NCBI GenBank assembly: GCA_965240325.2
Contig: OZ251247.1
Location: forward strand, 992,001 to 1,056,000
Direction: 5' to 3'
DNA from: Rebecca billardiae RCC1528
Lineage: Eukaryota; Protista; Haptophyta
DNA length: 64,000 nt
The position numbers were made by a program, and so were the translations under genes. Within the stretch, counting starts at the first letter, position 1, and every line of letters starts with the position of its first letter. Shown here in pieces: positions 11,867 through 23,900 of the stretch. The notes beneath the pieces were generated by a model that saw only the letters and a list, made by a program, of their open reading frames with translations, ran no database searches and had not been told where the DNA came from.

Positions 11867-12330
11867 TCGAGGCGGAGGAGCGCCGCTGGCTGTCCGTGAG
11901 TGTGCCGGCGCCGCCGCGGCCTGCCGCCCGGGGGCCCCGGGCCCGGGCGGGGCCGCTGTGCTCAGGCGTCGGCCGGGGCAGGGTGCGCCGGGGGGCAGTC
12001 GCGGCGGAAGCGGTCGGCTGCACGACGTGGGCTGCCCTGACCGGCCCCGAAGGTGCGCCTGTCACGCCGAGGGTCGGCCCGCCTGCAGGTACGCTCACTT
12101 TCCGCTTGGTACCCGCGCCGCAAAGGCGAGCTGCTTCCGACTCACATCTCGTCACCGTCCGGTCACTCCGGCGATGCCTGCTGCGAGCGCCGAGCCCGCG
12201 TCCGGCCAGGTATACGCCCACCTAGCGGGGAGGGGCACGGGCGGCGGCGGAGCAGCGACGCGGCAGTCATAACGCGATTAAACCGCCGCGGACTGCCAAA
12301 CCCACCACTCCCGTCGCGTCGGCCATCGCC
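11867..12330. mobile_element. ~464 bp unique insertion ~105 bp upstream of the copy 3 ATG
   Basis: Most other units read TGGCT-GCG-CCATCAATCC here; in this unit ~464 bp of unrelated sequence lies between TTGGCT (11861-11866) and CCATCAATCC (12331). No TIR, TSD or poly(A) seen. Confidence 0.55.
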
Positions 12331-12690
12331 CCATCAATCCACCACCGCCGGTGCTTTCACCAAACAGGCAGCCACCGACGCGCGCGGCGCAGAGCTCACT
12401 GTGGTCCTGCGGGAACGCGTGCGGACGCAATATGGGAAATACTAACGCATATACATGCGGACATGGCGATATGGAGGGCCGTGCCATATGGAGCGCTTGA
12501 TGACGTGGCAGTCGTGCCACTCGCACAGACGACACTACTGTCGTGTCGTCGTGTCGTCTGCTCATCAAGTCAGACGTCTGGCGCTGTGGCGCACGCAGTG
12601 AGCAGACAGCACTGGGTGGGTGGGGAGCTGTGCGGCGATCGGACTGCGTGGGCACTGCACCGAGGTGTACAGCGAGCAGCGACCTGCTGC

Positions 12691-14202
12691 TCAGCGGAAC
12701 GCGGTCCGCAGGGAGCCGACCAATGCAGGCGTGGCCACGTGGCTCCGCTCGTCGCCCACAGCCGCGGTGCTGAGGCCGAGGCCGAGCGCGGCTGAGTGCA
12801 CTCCGCACGCGTACACGCTTCCATCCGCCGTCTCAAACAGCGAGTGGCGGTAGCCCATGGCGCAGCGCAACACGCGCGTGTGCGCCAAGGCGGATACGCG
12901 TGCAGGAGCCAGCTCGCCTCCATCAGTGCGTCCGGTGCCCAGCATGCCGCCCGAGTTGAGCCCGAACGTGTGCACGCTGCCGTCCGCGCCCAGCACAGCG
13001 CTGCTCGTGGCGCCAGCGCTGGTGCGCACAGCGCGCACGGCACCAGACAGCGCCTCCACACGCTTGGGCAGGTAGTGCGTGCTGCGGTTGCCGTGGCCAA
13101 GGCGACCACTCCCGCCGTCCCCGAAGGAGTAAACGCCGCCCACCGCGTCCACCACCAGGCTGTGCTCGAAGCCCGCGTTCACGTGCACGGCGCGCACGCC
13201 CGCGAGCGCCTCGATGCGCCTCGGCGTGTGATGATCCTGCTCGTCGCCGTGGCCGAGCGCGCCGTAGGAGCCAGAGCCACACGAGTAGACGGCACCGCTG
13301 GTCGAGAGAAGCAGCGCGTGCTCGGCCCCTGCCGATACCCCGCCTAAGCGCACGCCGTCCAGCGCCTCGATGCGCGTCGGCTCCCACCGGCCCTCCGTGT
13401 CGCCGTGGCCGAGCTGGCCGTAGTCGTTGAGGCCCCAGCTGTACGCGCACCCAGCGGCGGTGAGCGCGAGGCTGTGGCAGGCGCCTGCGGCAATGCATAC
13501 GACGTGCTCATGTGCGAGCGCACGGACGCACCGATACGCTCCCCACTCAGCGTCGCAATCGTCACCGAGCACGAGCCGGTCGTACCTGTTGTCGCCGCAG
13601 CCGTACACCGTCCCAGCATCGCTCAGCGCGAGCAGGTGCTCAGAGCCAGCGGCCACCGCGACCATGCGCACCGCGGAGAGCGAGACCACGCGCATCGGCA
13701 CCACGGGCACGGGCGCACCGGGGCGGCCCAGCGCAGGCGGCGCGACGAACTCACCCGTCTCCCGACCGTCTTCGTCGCGCACCTTCTCCTCGCCGCACGT
13801 GTGCAGCCCGCCCTCCGCGTCCACAAACGCGCTGAAATTGAGACCGCACGCGTTCGGGCTCGCGTGCGCGCACGCCAGCAAGTGCACGCGCTGCTCACGT
13901 GCGAACAGCAGCTCAGTCCACGTGCACATGCCCAGCGGAAGCACGGCCGGGAGCGCGCGCTCGTGGCCGCGCGCGCGTGCACGCTCGCGCAGAGCGCCCT
14001 CGATCGGCGAGCGGCCGGCGGGTGGCGCGCCGCGGAAGAGGCGCGAGGTGGCGTTGGCGGCGGCGAGGTCGTGCACGTCGTCGAGGTGGCTGACGATGCG
14101 CTCCACCAGCTCGACTGGCAGGCGCGCAAGAGGTGATGGCGACGACGAGGCCGTAAGGGCGGGCGGCGGAGCCGCCTCGCGCGCCTGTTGTGTCGTCCGC
14201 AT
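12691..14202 (-). CDS. F-box-like / RCC1-repeat protein, copy 4 (503 aa)
   Basis: Paralog, intact ORF. Confidence 0.92.
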   Translation of the reverse strand: MRTTQQAREAAPPPALTASSSPSPLARLPVELVERIVSHLDDVHDLAAANATSRLFRGAPPAGRSPIEGALRERARARGHERALPAVLPLGMCTWTELLFAREQRVHLLACAHASPNACGLNFSAFVDAEGGLHTCGEEKVRDEDGRETGEFVAPPALGRPGAPVPVVPMRVVSLSAVRMVAVAAGSEHLLALSDAGTVYGCGDNRYDRLVLGDDCDAEWGAYRCVRALAHEHVVCIAAGACHSLALTAAGCAYSWGLNDYGQLGHGDTEGRWEPTRIEALDGVRLGGVSAGAEHALLLSTSGAVYSCGSGSYGALGHGDEQDHHTPRRIEALAGVRAVHVNAGFEHSLVVDAVGGVYSFGDGGSGRLGHGNRSTHYLPKRVEALSGAVRAVRTSAGATSSAVLGADGSVHTFGLNSGGMLGTGRTDGGELAPARVSALAHTRVLRCAMGYRHSLFETADGSVYACGVHSAALGLGLSTAAVGDERSHVATPALVGSLRTAFR

Positions 14203-14653
14203 TCCTTCCCGTTCGGCCCTCGACGGGTGCCGCAGTGCGCGCGACGACGGGTGGCCGTTGGCGAGGGATTTTTTGGCGTTATCATTTCTTTTTCTCGAAT
14301 GGCTGCGCCATCAATCCACCATCATCTCCTCCTTACCGAACAGGCAGCCACCGACGCGCGCGGCGCAGAGCTCACTGTGCTCCTGGGAACGAGTGCGGAC
14401 GCAATATAGGAAATGCCAACTCACGTGGACATGGAGATATGGAGGGCCGTGTCATATGGAGCGCTTGACGTGGCAGTCGTGCCACTCGCACAGACGACAC
14501 TGCCGTGTCGTGTCGTCTGCTCGCTCACGGGCACTGTGGGCGGAGTGTGGCGCACACAGTGAGCGGACAGCACTGGGTGGGTGGGGAGCTGTGCGGCGAT
14601 CGGACTGCACTCGGGCACTGCGCCGAGGTGTGCAGCGAGCAGCGACCTGCTGC

Positions 14654-16162
14654 TCAGCGGAACGCGGTGCGCAGGGAGCCGACCAATGCAGGCGCGGCCA
14701 CGTGGCTCCGCTCGTCGCCCACAGCCTCAGTGCTGAGGCCGAGGCCGAGAGCGGCTGAGTGCACTCCGCACGCATACACGCTTCCATCCACCGTCTCAAA
14801 CAGCGAGTGGCGTTGGCCCATGGCGCAGCGCAGCACGCGCGTGTGCGCCAATGCGGATACGCGTGCAGGAGCCAGCTCGCCTCCATCAGTGCGTCCGGTG
14901 CCCAGCATGCCGCCCGATTTGAGCCCGAACGTGTGCACGCTGCCGTCCGCACCCAGCACAGCGCTGCTCGACACGCCAGCGCACGCGCGCACCGCACGCA
15001 CAACACCAGACAGCGCCTCCACACGCTTGGGCAAGTAGAGCCTGCGGCAGTCGCCGTGGCCGAGGCAGCCAGACCAGCCGCTCCCGAAGGAGTGCACGCC
15101 GCCATCCGCGTCCACCACCAGGCTGTACGCACCGCCCGCGTTCACGTGCACGGCGCGCACGCCCGCGAGCGCCTCGATGCGCCTCGGCGTGTGCTGATCC
15201 TGCTCGTCGCCGTGGCCGAGCGCGCCGTAGTAGCCAGAGCCACACGAGTAGACGGCACCGCTGGTCGAGAGAAGCAGCGCGTGCTCGGCCCCTGCCGATA
15301 CCCCGCCCACGCGCACGCCGTCCAGCGCCTCGATGCGCGTCGGCTCACACCGGTGCTCCGTGTCGCCGTGGCCGAGCTGGCCGCAGCGGTTGCGGCCCCA
15401 GCTGTACGCGCACCCAGCTGCGCTGAGCGCGAGGCTGTGGTAGGCGCCTGCGGCAATGCATACGATGAGATGCGCCTCGACTCCCCGCACCTGCTCGAAC
15501 ACCTGCCGCTGCGCAGTGTCCCCTAGCCCGAGCTGGCCGTACTCGTTGCCGCCGCAGCCGTACACCGTCCCAGCATCGCCCAGCGCGAGCAGGTGCTCGT
15601 AGCCAGCGGCCACCGCGACAACGCGCACTGCGGAGAGCGAGGCAACGCGCGTCGGCACCACGGGCACGAGCGCACCGGAATGGCCCAGCGCAGGCGGCGC
15701 GACGAACTCACCCGTCTCCCGACCGTCTTCGTCGCGCACCTTCTCCTCGCCGCACGTGTGCAGCCCGCCCTCCGCGTCCACAAACGCGCTGAAACTGAGA
15801 CCGCACGCGATCGGGCTCGCGTGCGCGCACGCCAGCAAGTGCACGCGCTGCTCACGTGCGAACAGCAGCTCGGTCCACGTGCACACGCCCAGCGGAAGCA
15901 CGGCCGGGAGCGCGCGCTCGTGGCCGCGCGCGCGTGCACGCTCGCGCAGAGCGCCCTCGATCGGCGAGCGGCCGGCGGGTGGCGCGCCGCGGAAGAGGCG
16001 CGAGGTGGCGTTGGCGGCGGCGAGGTCGTGCACGTCGTCGAGGTGGCTGACGATGCGCTCCACCAGCTCGACTGGCAGGCGCGCAAGAGGTGATGGCGAC
16101 GACGAGGCCGTACGGGCGGGCGGCGGAGCCGCCTCGCGCGCCTGTTGTGTCGTAGTCCGCAT
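14654..16162 (-). CDS. F-box-like / RCC1-repeat protein, copy 5 (502 aa)
   Basis: Paralog, intact ORF; carries a unique segment GLGDTAQRQVFEQVRGVEAHLIV. Confidence 0.92.
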   Translation of the reverse strand: MRTTTQQAREAAPPPARTASSSPSPLARLPVELVERIVSHLDDVHDLAAANATSRLFRGAPPAGRSPIEGALRERARARGHERALPAVLPLGVCTWTELLFAREQRVHLLACAHASPIACGLSFSAFVDAEGGLHTCGEEKVRDEDGRETGEFVAPPALGHSGALVPVVPTRVASLSAVRVVAVAAGYEHLLALGDAGTVYGCGGNEYGQLGLGDTAQRQVFEQVRGVEAHLIVCIAAGAYHSLALSAAGCAYSWGRNRCGQLGHGDTEHRCEPTRIEALDGVRVGGVSAGAEHALLLSTSGAVYSCGSGYYGALGHGDEQDQHTPRRIEALAGVRAVHVNAGGAYSLVVDADGGVHSFGSGWSGCLGHGDCRRLYLPKRVEALSGVVRAVRACAGVSSSAVLGADGSVHTFGLKSGGMLGTGRTDGGELAPARVSALAHTRVLRCAMGQRHSLFETVDGSVYACGVHSAALGLGLSTEAVGDERSHVAAPALVGSLRTAFR

Positions 16163-16606
16163 TCCTTCCCGTTCGGCCCTCGACGGGTGCCGCAGTGCGC
16201 GCGACGACGGGTGGCCGCTGGCGAGGGCTTTTTTGGCGTTATCATTTCTTTTTCTCGAATGGCTGCGCCATCAGATCCACCACCTCTCCTTTAACGAACA
16301 GGCAGCAAGTGCGCAACCCGGACGCGCGCGGCGCAGAGCTCACTGTGCTCCGAGCGAGTGCGGGCGCAATATAGGAAATGCCAACTCACGTGGACATGGA
16401 GCGATGGCGGGCCGTGTCATATGGAGCGCTTGACTTGGCAGTCGTGCCACTCGCACAGACGACACTGTCGTGTCGTGTCGTCTGCTCAAGTCTGGCGCTG
16501 TGGCGCACGCTGTGGGCGGACAGCACTGGGTGGGTGGGGAGCTGTGTGGCGACCGGACTGCACTCGGGCACTGCGCCGAGGTGTGCAGCGAGCAGCGACC
16601 TGCTGC

Positions 16607-18118
16607 TCAGCGGAACGCGGTGCGCAGGGACCCGACCAATGCAGGCGTGGCCACGTGGCTCCGCTCCTCGCCCACAGCCTCAGTGCTGAGGCCGAGGCCG
16701 AGCGCGGCTGAGTGCACTCCGCACGCGTACACGTCTCCGCACGCCGTCTCAAACAGCGAGTGGCGGTGGCCCATGGCGCAGCGCAGCACGCGCGTGTGCG
16801 CCAAGGCGGCCACGCACACTGGCACCCGCTGGCACTCCTCCGCGCGTCCGGTGCCCAGAATGCCGCCCACGTTGTAGCCGAACGCGTGCACGCTGCCGTC
16901 CGCGCCCAGCACAGCGCTGCTCGACACGCCAGCGCACGCGCGCACCGCACGCACAACACCAGACAGCGCCTCCACACGCTTGGGCAAGTAGAGCGTGCTG
17001 CCATCGCCATGGCCGAGGCAGCCACTCCAGCCGTCACCGAAGTAGTGAACGCCACCCAGCGCATCCACCGCCAGGCTGTGGCGATCGCCCGCGCTCACGT
17101 GCACGGCACACACGCCAGCGAGCGCCTCGATGCGCCTCGGCGTGTGCTGCTCCTGCTCGTCGCCGTGGCCGAGCTGGCCCAGGCCGCCATTGCCACACGA
17201 GTAGACCGCCCCGCTGGTCGAGAGCAGCAGAGAGTGCTCGGCCCCTGCCGATACCCCGCCCACGCGCACGCCGGCCAGCGCCTCGATGCGCGTCGGCTCG
17301 CACCGCTGCTCCGTGTCGCCGTGGCCGAGCTGGCCGCAGCGGTTGAGGCCCCAGCTGTACGCACAGCCCGCTGCGCTGAGCGCGAGGCTGTGGCAGGCGC
17401 CTGCGGCGATGCATACGACGTGCTCGTGTGCGAGCGCACGGACGCACCGATACGCCCCCCGCTCAGCGTCGTAATCGTCACCGAGCACGAGCCGGCCGTA
17501 CCTGTTGCCGCCGCACGGGAACACCGTCCCAGCATCGCTCAGCGCGAGCAGGTGGGCCAAGCCAGCGGCCACCGCGACCACGCGCACCGCGGAGAGCGAG
17601 ACCACGCGCATCGGCACCACGGGCACGGGCGCACCGGGGCGGCCCAGCGCAGGCGGCGCGACGAACTCACCCGTCTCCCGACCGTCTTCGTCGCGCACCT
17701 TCTCCTCGCCGCACGTGTGCACTCCACCCTCCGCGTCCACAAACGCGCTGAAATTGCGACCGCACGCGATCGGGCTGGCGTGCGCGCAAGCCAGCAAGTG
17801 CACGCGCTGCTCACGTGCGAACAGCAGCTCGGTCCACGTGCACATGCCCAGCGGAAGCACGGCCGGGAGCGCGCGCTCGTGGCCGCGCGCGCGTGCACGC
17901 TCGCGCAGAGCGCCCTCGATCGGCGAGCGGCCGGCGGGTGGCGCGCCGCGGAAGAGGCGCGAGGTGGCGTTAGCGGCGACGAGGTCGTGCACGTCGTCGA
18001 GGTGGCTGACGATGCGGTCCACCAGCTCGACTGGCAGGCGCGCAAGAGGTGATGGCGACGACGAGGTCGTAAGGGCGGGCGGCGGAGCCGCCTCGCGCGC
18101 CTGTTGTGTCGTCCGCAT
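16607..18118 (-). CDS. F-box-like / RCC1-repeat protein, copy 6 (503 aa from the MRTTQQ ATG)
   Basis: Paralog, intact ORF; start chosen by homology. Confidence 0.92.
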   Translation of the reverse strand: MRTTQQAREAAPPPALTTSSSPSPLARLPVELVDRIVSHLDDVHDLVAANATSRLFRGAPPAGRSPIEGALRERARARGHERALPAVLPLGMCTWTELLFAREQRVHLLACAHASPIACGRNFSAFVDAEGGVHTCGEEKVRDEDGRETGEFVAPPALGRPGAPVPVVPMRVVSLSAVRVVAVAAGLAHLLALSDAGTVFPCGGNRYGRLVLGDDYDAERGAYRCVRALAHEHVVCIAAGACHSLALSAAGCAYSWGLNRCGQLGHGDTEQRCEPTRIEALAGVRVGGVSAGAEHSLLLSTSGAVYSCGNGGLGQLGHGDEQEQHTPRRIEALAGVCAVHVSAGDRHSLAVDALGGVHYFGDGWSGCLGHGDGSTLYLPKRVEALSGVVRAVRACAGVSSSAVLGADGSVHAFGYNVGGILGTGRAEECQRVPVCVAALAHTRVLRCAMGHRHSLFETACGDVYACGVHSAALGLGLSTEAVGEERSHVATPALVGSLRTAFR

Positions 18119-18585
18119 CCCTCCCATTCGGCCCTCGACGGGTGCCGCGGTGCCTGCGCGCGACGACGCGGTGGCCGTTTGCGAGGGATTTTTATTGATG
18201 GCGTTATCATTATTTCGATCTTTTTCTTTGGGCGCCATCAATCCACCACCACCGGTGCTTTCACCGAACAGGCAGCCACCGACGCGCGCGGCGCAGAGCT
18301 CACTGTGGTCCTGGGAACGAGTGCGGACGCAATATAGGAAATACTAACGCATATGCGGACATGGCGATATGGAGGGCCGTGCCATATGATGGAGCGCTTG
18401 ACGTGGCAGTCGTGCCACTCGCACAGACGACACTGTCGTGTCGTCGTGTCGTCTGCTCATCACGTCAGACGTCTGGCGCTGTGGCGCACGCAGTGAGCAG
18501 ACAGCACTGGGTGGGTGGGGAGCTGTGCGGCGATCGGACTGCGTGGGCACTGCACCGAGGTGTACAGCGAGCAGCGACCTGCTGC

Positions 18586-20100
18586 TCAGCGGAACGCGGT
18601 CCGCAGGGAGCCGACCAATGCAGGCGTGGCCACGTGGCTCCGCTCGTCGCCCACAGCCGCGGTGCTGAGGCCGAGGCCGAGCGCGGCTGAGTGCGCTCCG
18701 CACGCGTACACGCTTCCATCCACCGTCTCAAACAGCGAGTGGCGGTAGCCCATGGCGCAGCGCAACACGCGCGTGTGCGCCAAGGCGGATACGCGTGCAG
18801 GAGCCAGCTCGCCTCCATCAGTGCGTCCGGTGCCCAGCATGCCGCCCGAGTTGAGCCCGAACGCGTGCACGCTGCCGTCCGCGCCCAGCACAGCGCTGCT
18901 CGACACGCCAGCGCACGCGCGCACCGCACGCACAACACCAGACAGCGCCTCCACACGCTTGGGTAAGTAGAGCCTGCGGCAGCTGCCGCCGTGGCCGAGG
19001 CAGCCACCCCAGCCACTCCCAAAGGTGTGCACGTTACCCGCAGCGTCCACCACGAGGCTGTGCGCAACACCCGCGCTCACATGCACGGCGCGCACGCCCG
19101 CGAGCGCCTCGATGCGCCTCGGCGTGTGCTGCTCCTGCTCGTCGCCGTGGCCGAGCTGGCCCAGGCCGCCATTGCCACACGAGTAGACCGCCCCGCTGGT
19201 CGAGAGCAGCAGAGAGTGCTCGTCCCCTGCCGACACCCCGCCCACGCGCACGCCGTCCAGCGCCTCGATGCGCGTCGGCTCCCACCGCTGCTCCGTGTCG
19301 CCGTGGCCGAGCTGGCCGCAGTGGTTGAGGCCCCAGCTGTACGCGCACCCAGCGGCGGTGAGCGCGAGGCTGTGGCAGGCGCCTGCGGCAATGCATACGA
19401 CGTGCTCGTGTGCGAGCGCACGGACGCACCGATACGCCCCCCGCTCAGCGTCGTAATCGTCACCGAGCACGAGATGGCCGCAGCTGTTGCCGCCGCACGC
19501 GTACACCGTCCCAGCATCGCTCAGCGCGAGCAAGTGCTCCCAGCCAGCGGCTACTGCGATCACGCGTACTGCGGAGAGCGAGGCCACGCGCATCGGCACC
19601 ACGGGCACGGGCGCACCGGGGCGGCCCAGCGCAGGCGGCGCGACGAACTCACCCGTCTCCCGACCGTCTTCGTCGCGCACCTTCTCCTCGCCGCACGTGT
19701 GCAGCCCGCCCTCCGCGTCCACAAACGCGCTGAAACTGAGACCGCACGCGATCGGGCTCGCGTGCGCGCACGCCAGCAAGTGCACGCGCTGCTCACGTGC
19801 GAACAGCAGCTCGGTCCACGTGCACACGCCCGGCGGGAGCACGGCCGGGAGCGCGCGCTCGTGGCCGCGCGCGCGTGCACGCTCGCGCAGAGCGCCCTCG
19901 ATCGGCGAGCGGCCGGCGGGCGGCGCGCCGCGGAAGAGGCGCGAGGTGGCGTTAGCGGCGGCGAGGTCGTGCACGTCGTCGAGGTGGCTGACGATGCGCT
20001 CCACCAGCTCGACTGGCAGGCGCGCCAGAGGTGATGGCGACGACGAGGCCGTAAGGGCGGGCGGCGGAGCCGCCTCGCGCGCCTGTTGTGTCGTCCGCAT
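18586..20100 (-). CDS. F-box-like / RCC1-repeat protein, copy 7 (504 aa from the MRTTQQ ATG)
   Basis: Paralog, intact ORF; start chosen by homology. Confidence 0.92.
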   Translation of the reverse strand: MRTTQQAREAAPPPALTASSSPSPLARLPVELVERIVSHLDDVHDLAAANATSRLFRGAPPAGRSPIEGALRERARARGHERALPAVLPPGVCTWTELLFAREQRVHLLACAHASPIACGLSFSAFVDAEGGLHTCGEEKVRDEDGRETGEFVAPPALGRPGAPVPVVPMRVASLSAVRVIAVAAGWEHLLALSDAGTVYACGGNSCGHLVLGDDYDAERGAYRCVRALAHEHVVCIAAGACHSLALTAAGCAYSWGLNHCGQLGHGDTEQRWEPTRIEALDGVRVGGVSAGDEHSLLLSTSGAVYSCGNGGLGQLGHGDEQEQHTPRRIEALAGVRAVHVSAGVAHSLVVDAAGNVHTFGSGWGGCLGHGGSCRRLYLPKRVEALSGVVRAVRACAGVSSSAVLGADGSVHAFGLNSGGMLGTGRTDGGELAPARVSALAHTRVLRCAMGYRHSLFETVDGSVYACGAHSAALGLGLSTAAVGDERSHVATPALVGSLRTAFR

Positions 20101-23100
20101 CCCTCCCATTCGGCCCTCGACGGGTGCCGCGGTGCCTGCGCGCGACGACGACGCGGTGGCCGTTGGCGAGGGATTTTTATGGCGTTATCATTTCGATCTT
20201 TTTCTTTGGCTGCGCCATCAATCCACCACCACCGGTGCTTTCACCGAACAGGCAGCCACCGACGCGCGCGGCGCAGAGCTCACTGTGGTCCTGGGAACGC
20301 GTGCGGACGCAATATAGGAAATACTAACGCATATGCGGACATGGCGATATTAGCCTGGTCCATCCCGATTTTCGCCAGTAAAAAAGCCTTTTCGGATTTT
20401 GGGCGCCTGATTTCTCCCGATTTTTTTTCTCGTCGCTCGTCGCGCTCGTCAAAAATCGCCACCGGCCGTCCGACGGCTCGCCGCGACGAAGGTCGGGAAG
20501 GGGCTCGAGAGCCTCGACTGGACGACTGCGCCGCCTCATGTCAGGTGTAGTGCTGGACACATCGTTCGGGTGCCCCGGTGGTGTGCGTGCACACCTTGAG
20601 CGACATGTCTGCGTTGCTTCCGCCGCCCGCGGTCCGTCGCCAGGTCGACTTCTCGCCTGACGGCGCGCGTCGAACGCTCACCTGCTGGGTTGCGCGGCGC
20701 CTTCGAGACGGGCCACCTCGGGTAATATGCGGGCCACGCGACGGCTCGTGTGGGCCACCGCCTACCCCTAGCATGTACTCGATGCCACCACCAGCGTTGG
20801 GCGCGCTGCGCATCGCCAACGCTTCATCCGGCCAGTCCCGTCACGTTTGCGCATGAGTCGTCCTGAGCGGCGGCTGTCGATTTGTGCTCCTCGTGGAGCT
20901 GTATGACGGGCTGGTGGCGAGCAGGATGGCTCGCCTTGCGGGGCTGGGTGTGTACAGTCGCAGTGTAGTGGCTGCCGGCTGACTCCCATCGCCTGGGTGC
21001 TGCTTTACCGTCATGGCCTTTGCTGCGAGCACAAGGTCGAGGATCGTACCGCGGTCTGCGAGGCAGAGTCGACGGAGTCGTCGCTTGAAGATGGTTGAGA
21101 GCGCGCATACGTCTTCCTTCGTGTCGTGCGGCTACTCCAGCACGCAAGGCTCGCGCTCTGGCACGTGTTTGGTGTCCATGGGTGGCACATTGTGCCATTC
21201 GGGTGGCTCGGAAGCACGTGCTCGGGTGTCTTTCCCGTTTACGCGCGGTGGGCCAAGTCACCACGCACGGCCAGAGCATGTCATGGCACGCAGAGGGTGC
21301 CCATGAACGATCCCCACCCCGGTGGTGGCCGTAGGCGCACTCGAAGCGGTCGCATCGTCACCCGCGGATCACATCAGTCCGCCGTTGAGGCTGTCGGGCG
21401 AGCAAAGACGTGCGATCTGACCCTTGGACGGGCAGCTAGAATCGCGATTATGCCTCATCTAAGGACGCACATGTCGTCGTTGTAGGCAGTACTGATGCCC
21501 CAAGTGAAAGGGCGGGCGTGGCACGCGACTTGACAGCTTGAATGACTCGATGCACGCCGCCATGGACACGCGATCCGGAGGCCATTGCGAACCTGCCGTG
21601 TGGCTCACGGCGGCGCGCGTTGTGCCGCAGATCGGCCAGTTGCCACGCAGGAGATGGTCTCCAGACCAGGTCCAGCACCTGACCGACTGCCGCACGCCTG
21701 GCCGGGTGGGAGTCCGGCCCTCTTCTTGTCTGCAGGAGTGCGCGGAAGGCCAGGCGGAGCCTCGTCCGACCACTGCACCCCGAGCGCCGCACTAATCGTG
21801 CAGCCTGGGACAGCTACCCACCTATGGCGAATATGTAACGACATAGTGGCATTTTAATTATACAGGTCCAGAACTCATACTTATGCGGGTACATTGCCCA
21901 TAATATGCGGGTATAAATTAGGGGGGCCAAAGTGGCACTGTAGCGTTACTGACGGCCACGAGCGCGGGTCCTAGCGAGTGTTTAGAGCTGATTTCGGGCT
22001 GGATCATTTGCCCTCTGGAGGGGTCTGGGCCGGCCATGTAAAAAAATCAGGTGCACATACCCTGATTATAGGGCGTAACGGCTACCATATTTACCTATTA
22101 GAATGAGCCTGAACTTATTGGAAACGGCATGTAACGGCCGTCCTATATGTGACATATAGACCATGTCGACCTCAGTTTGATAGAGCATCTCGGCGAGATC
22201 GTTCTGAGTCCCCAGCAGCAGCAGGTCCCAACATGCGATATAGGCGGTGTACTGGCAGGCTGTCAAATATGTAGTTTCCTGGAAGCCACTGGTCGTTACA
22301 TACCCACCGTGTATATAGGCGCCATGCTGATGAATACAGTCTCGTCTGATCTCGAGCTGCGAGATACGTTTTCAGACTGTGTATACGGCCACGCGTACGG
22401 CGTATTGCAGACATAGTAGACCCAAAGCACCGGCCCCACGTCCTCAGCCCGGGAGTGCTCTCGGTCATAGTCAAGGTTTAAAGTCACTCGAGCCAACCGT
22501 CACCGCTCCCTGGCCGAGACCTACGAGGCAGGTCAAATCTGTCGTCGTCGCAGTGCGGCACAGTGCCGAGCATGCGATTCGGCAGCAAACGCCTGCTCCA
22601 GGCGGTGGCTGGCGTCTCTGCACCAAACCAGGCTGGATGGGATCGGTCCATATAGGTATGCCCTACCCTGTTCCGCGCTATTTCTGGGCTTTGGGGCGGA
22701 TATTCGGCCTACAGAGGCTGATCCGGCGCTGTTCGGCGCTCCTGGCTGGCTGCGCAGAGCCCAACGGCAAGCGCCGGCGTGTGCAAGGTGTCAAGATTGA
22801 GAAGGTCTCTGACGCTCCCGCCGGTCTTGGGCGCACCAGGGTGCATGGGGGCCCATCTGCATCTGCTTCTGCAGGCATGAGCGTCACAGGGGCGCGCTTG
22901 CAGGCACGGTCGAGTGCACGTCGGACCTGTCGAATGAGCCAACCGCTGCCTGCGAGCACGTCCGCGACGTCCTGAGAGGCGAATGGGAGGCGCCCCGACG
23001 CCATCAGCGGGCACACGTGACCCATACCCAACGTACTGACCATCGCAAGTGCCACGGCAGGTGCAAACACGGGCCCTACAAGCGGAACATGACAGTTGCG

Positions 23101-23900
23101 AGCTCCGCGGAGGTGTTGTGCGCGAGCTCGCGCCGGTCTGCTGACGGCGATTCCGGCGCAGTAGGGCAGGTTAGGCGAGCTTGGCATTCACAGACATACA
23201 TGGACGATTGGTCCGAGCATCGATCTCATTGGTCCGAGTTGATCATGCGCCACACCGTGCGGTAGCGTAGCGGGCGTACGCAGCGCACCAATTCAAGCCG
23301 GCCGACGCGCGCCGCGCACGGCGCGAGGTGGCCAAGAAGCGGGTGGTGAGCCGCTGGTGGCGCAAAGGCACGGGCCAGTAGCGCCCACCAGCGTCACGCG
23401 CGCGCGCACCCGAGACCATATCGGCGTCTCAGATGTCGCGAGCGCGCGGCGGTCCACTGCCTCCGGCCGCTCGTGCTCGAGCGGAACCGAGCTCTGAGCG
23501 CCCGAACGCGTCGGAGCTCGGTTTTCGAGCGGGGTCCGAGAAAAAGGCTCCGCGCCACCCTAAAAGGCCGAAGGAGGAGCGAAAATGCGCCGCGGCTTTG
23601 ATTTTCTTTTTAAATGAGCGGTTTGCCCCCCCTATATAAATGGGTAACATAGTCGATCTTGCAGTAGTTGAGTACGGCCACTTGCGCACAGACCACAGCC
23701 CATCCTGACCAGGTCGTTCCCCCTGCACTGGGAATCCGCGGTTTGGACATAAGAGAAAAACAGCCGCAGGACGCACCCGTCGCTACCCGCGAATAAGATT
23801 TCAGGTCTCGCGGGTGCGGATGTGCGTCAATCGATGAGCTGGTCTCGCAATCCCAAAATTGAGCCGCAATGAGATAGATGGTGCAGGGAGCCCCCCCGGT

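Noticed and set aside
22066-22496. hAT transposase remnant suggested by a TRW motif
   Set aside because: A single tripeptide in a short ORF with no other hAT motifs recognisable.
21921-23632. Possible extra element bounded by TA|GGGGGGCCAAAG and GTTTGCCCCCCC|TA
   Set aside because: Only 10 of 12 bases match and most are a G run; too weak without other copies.
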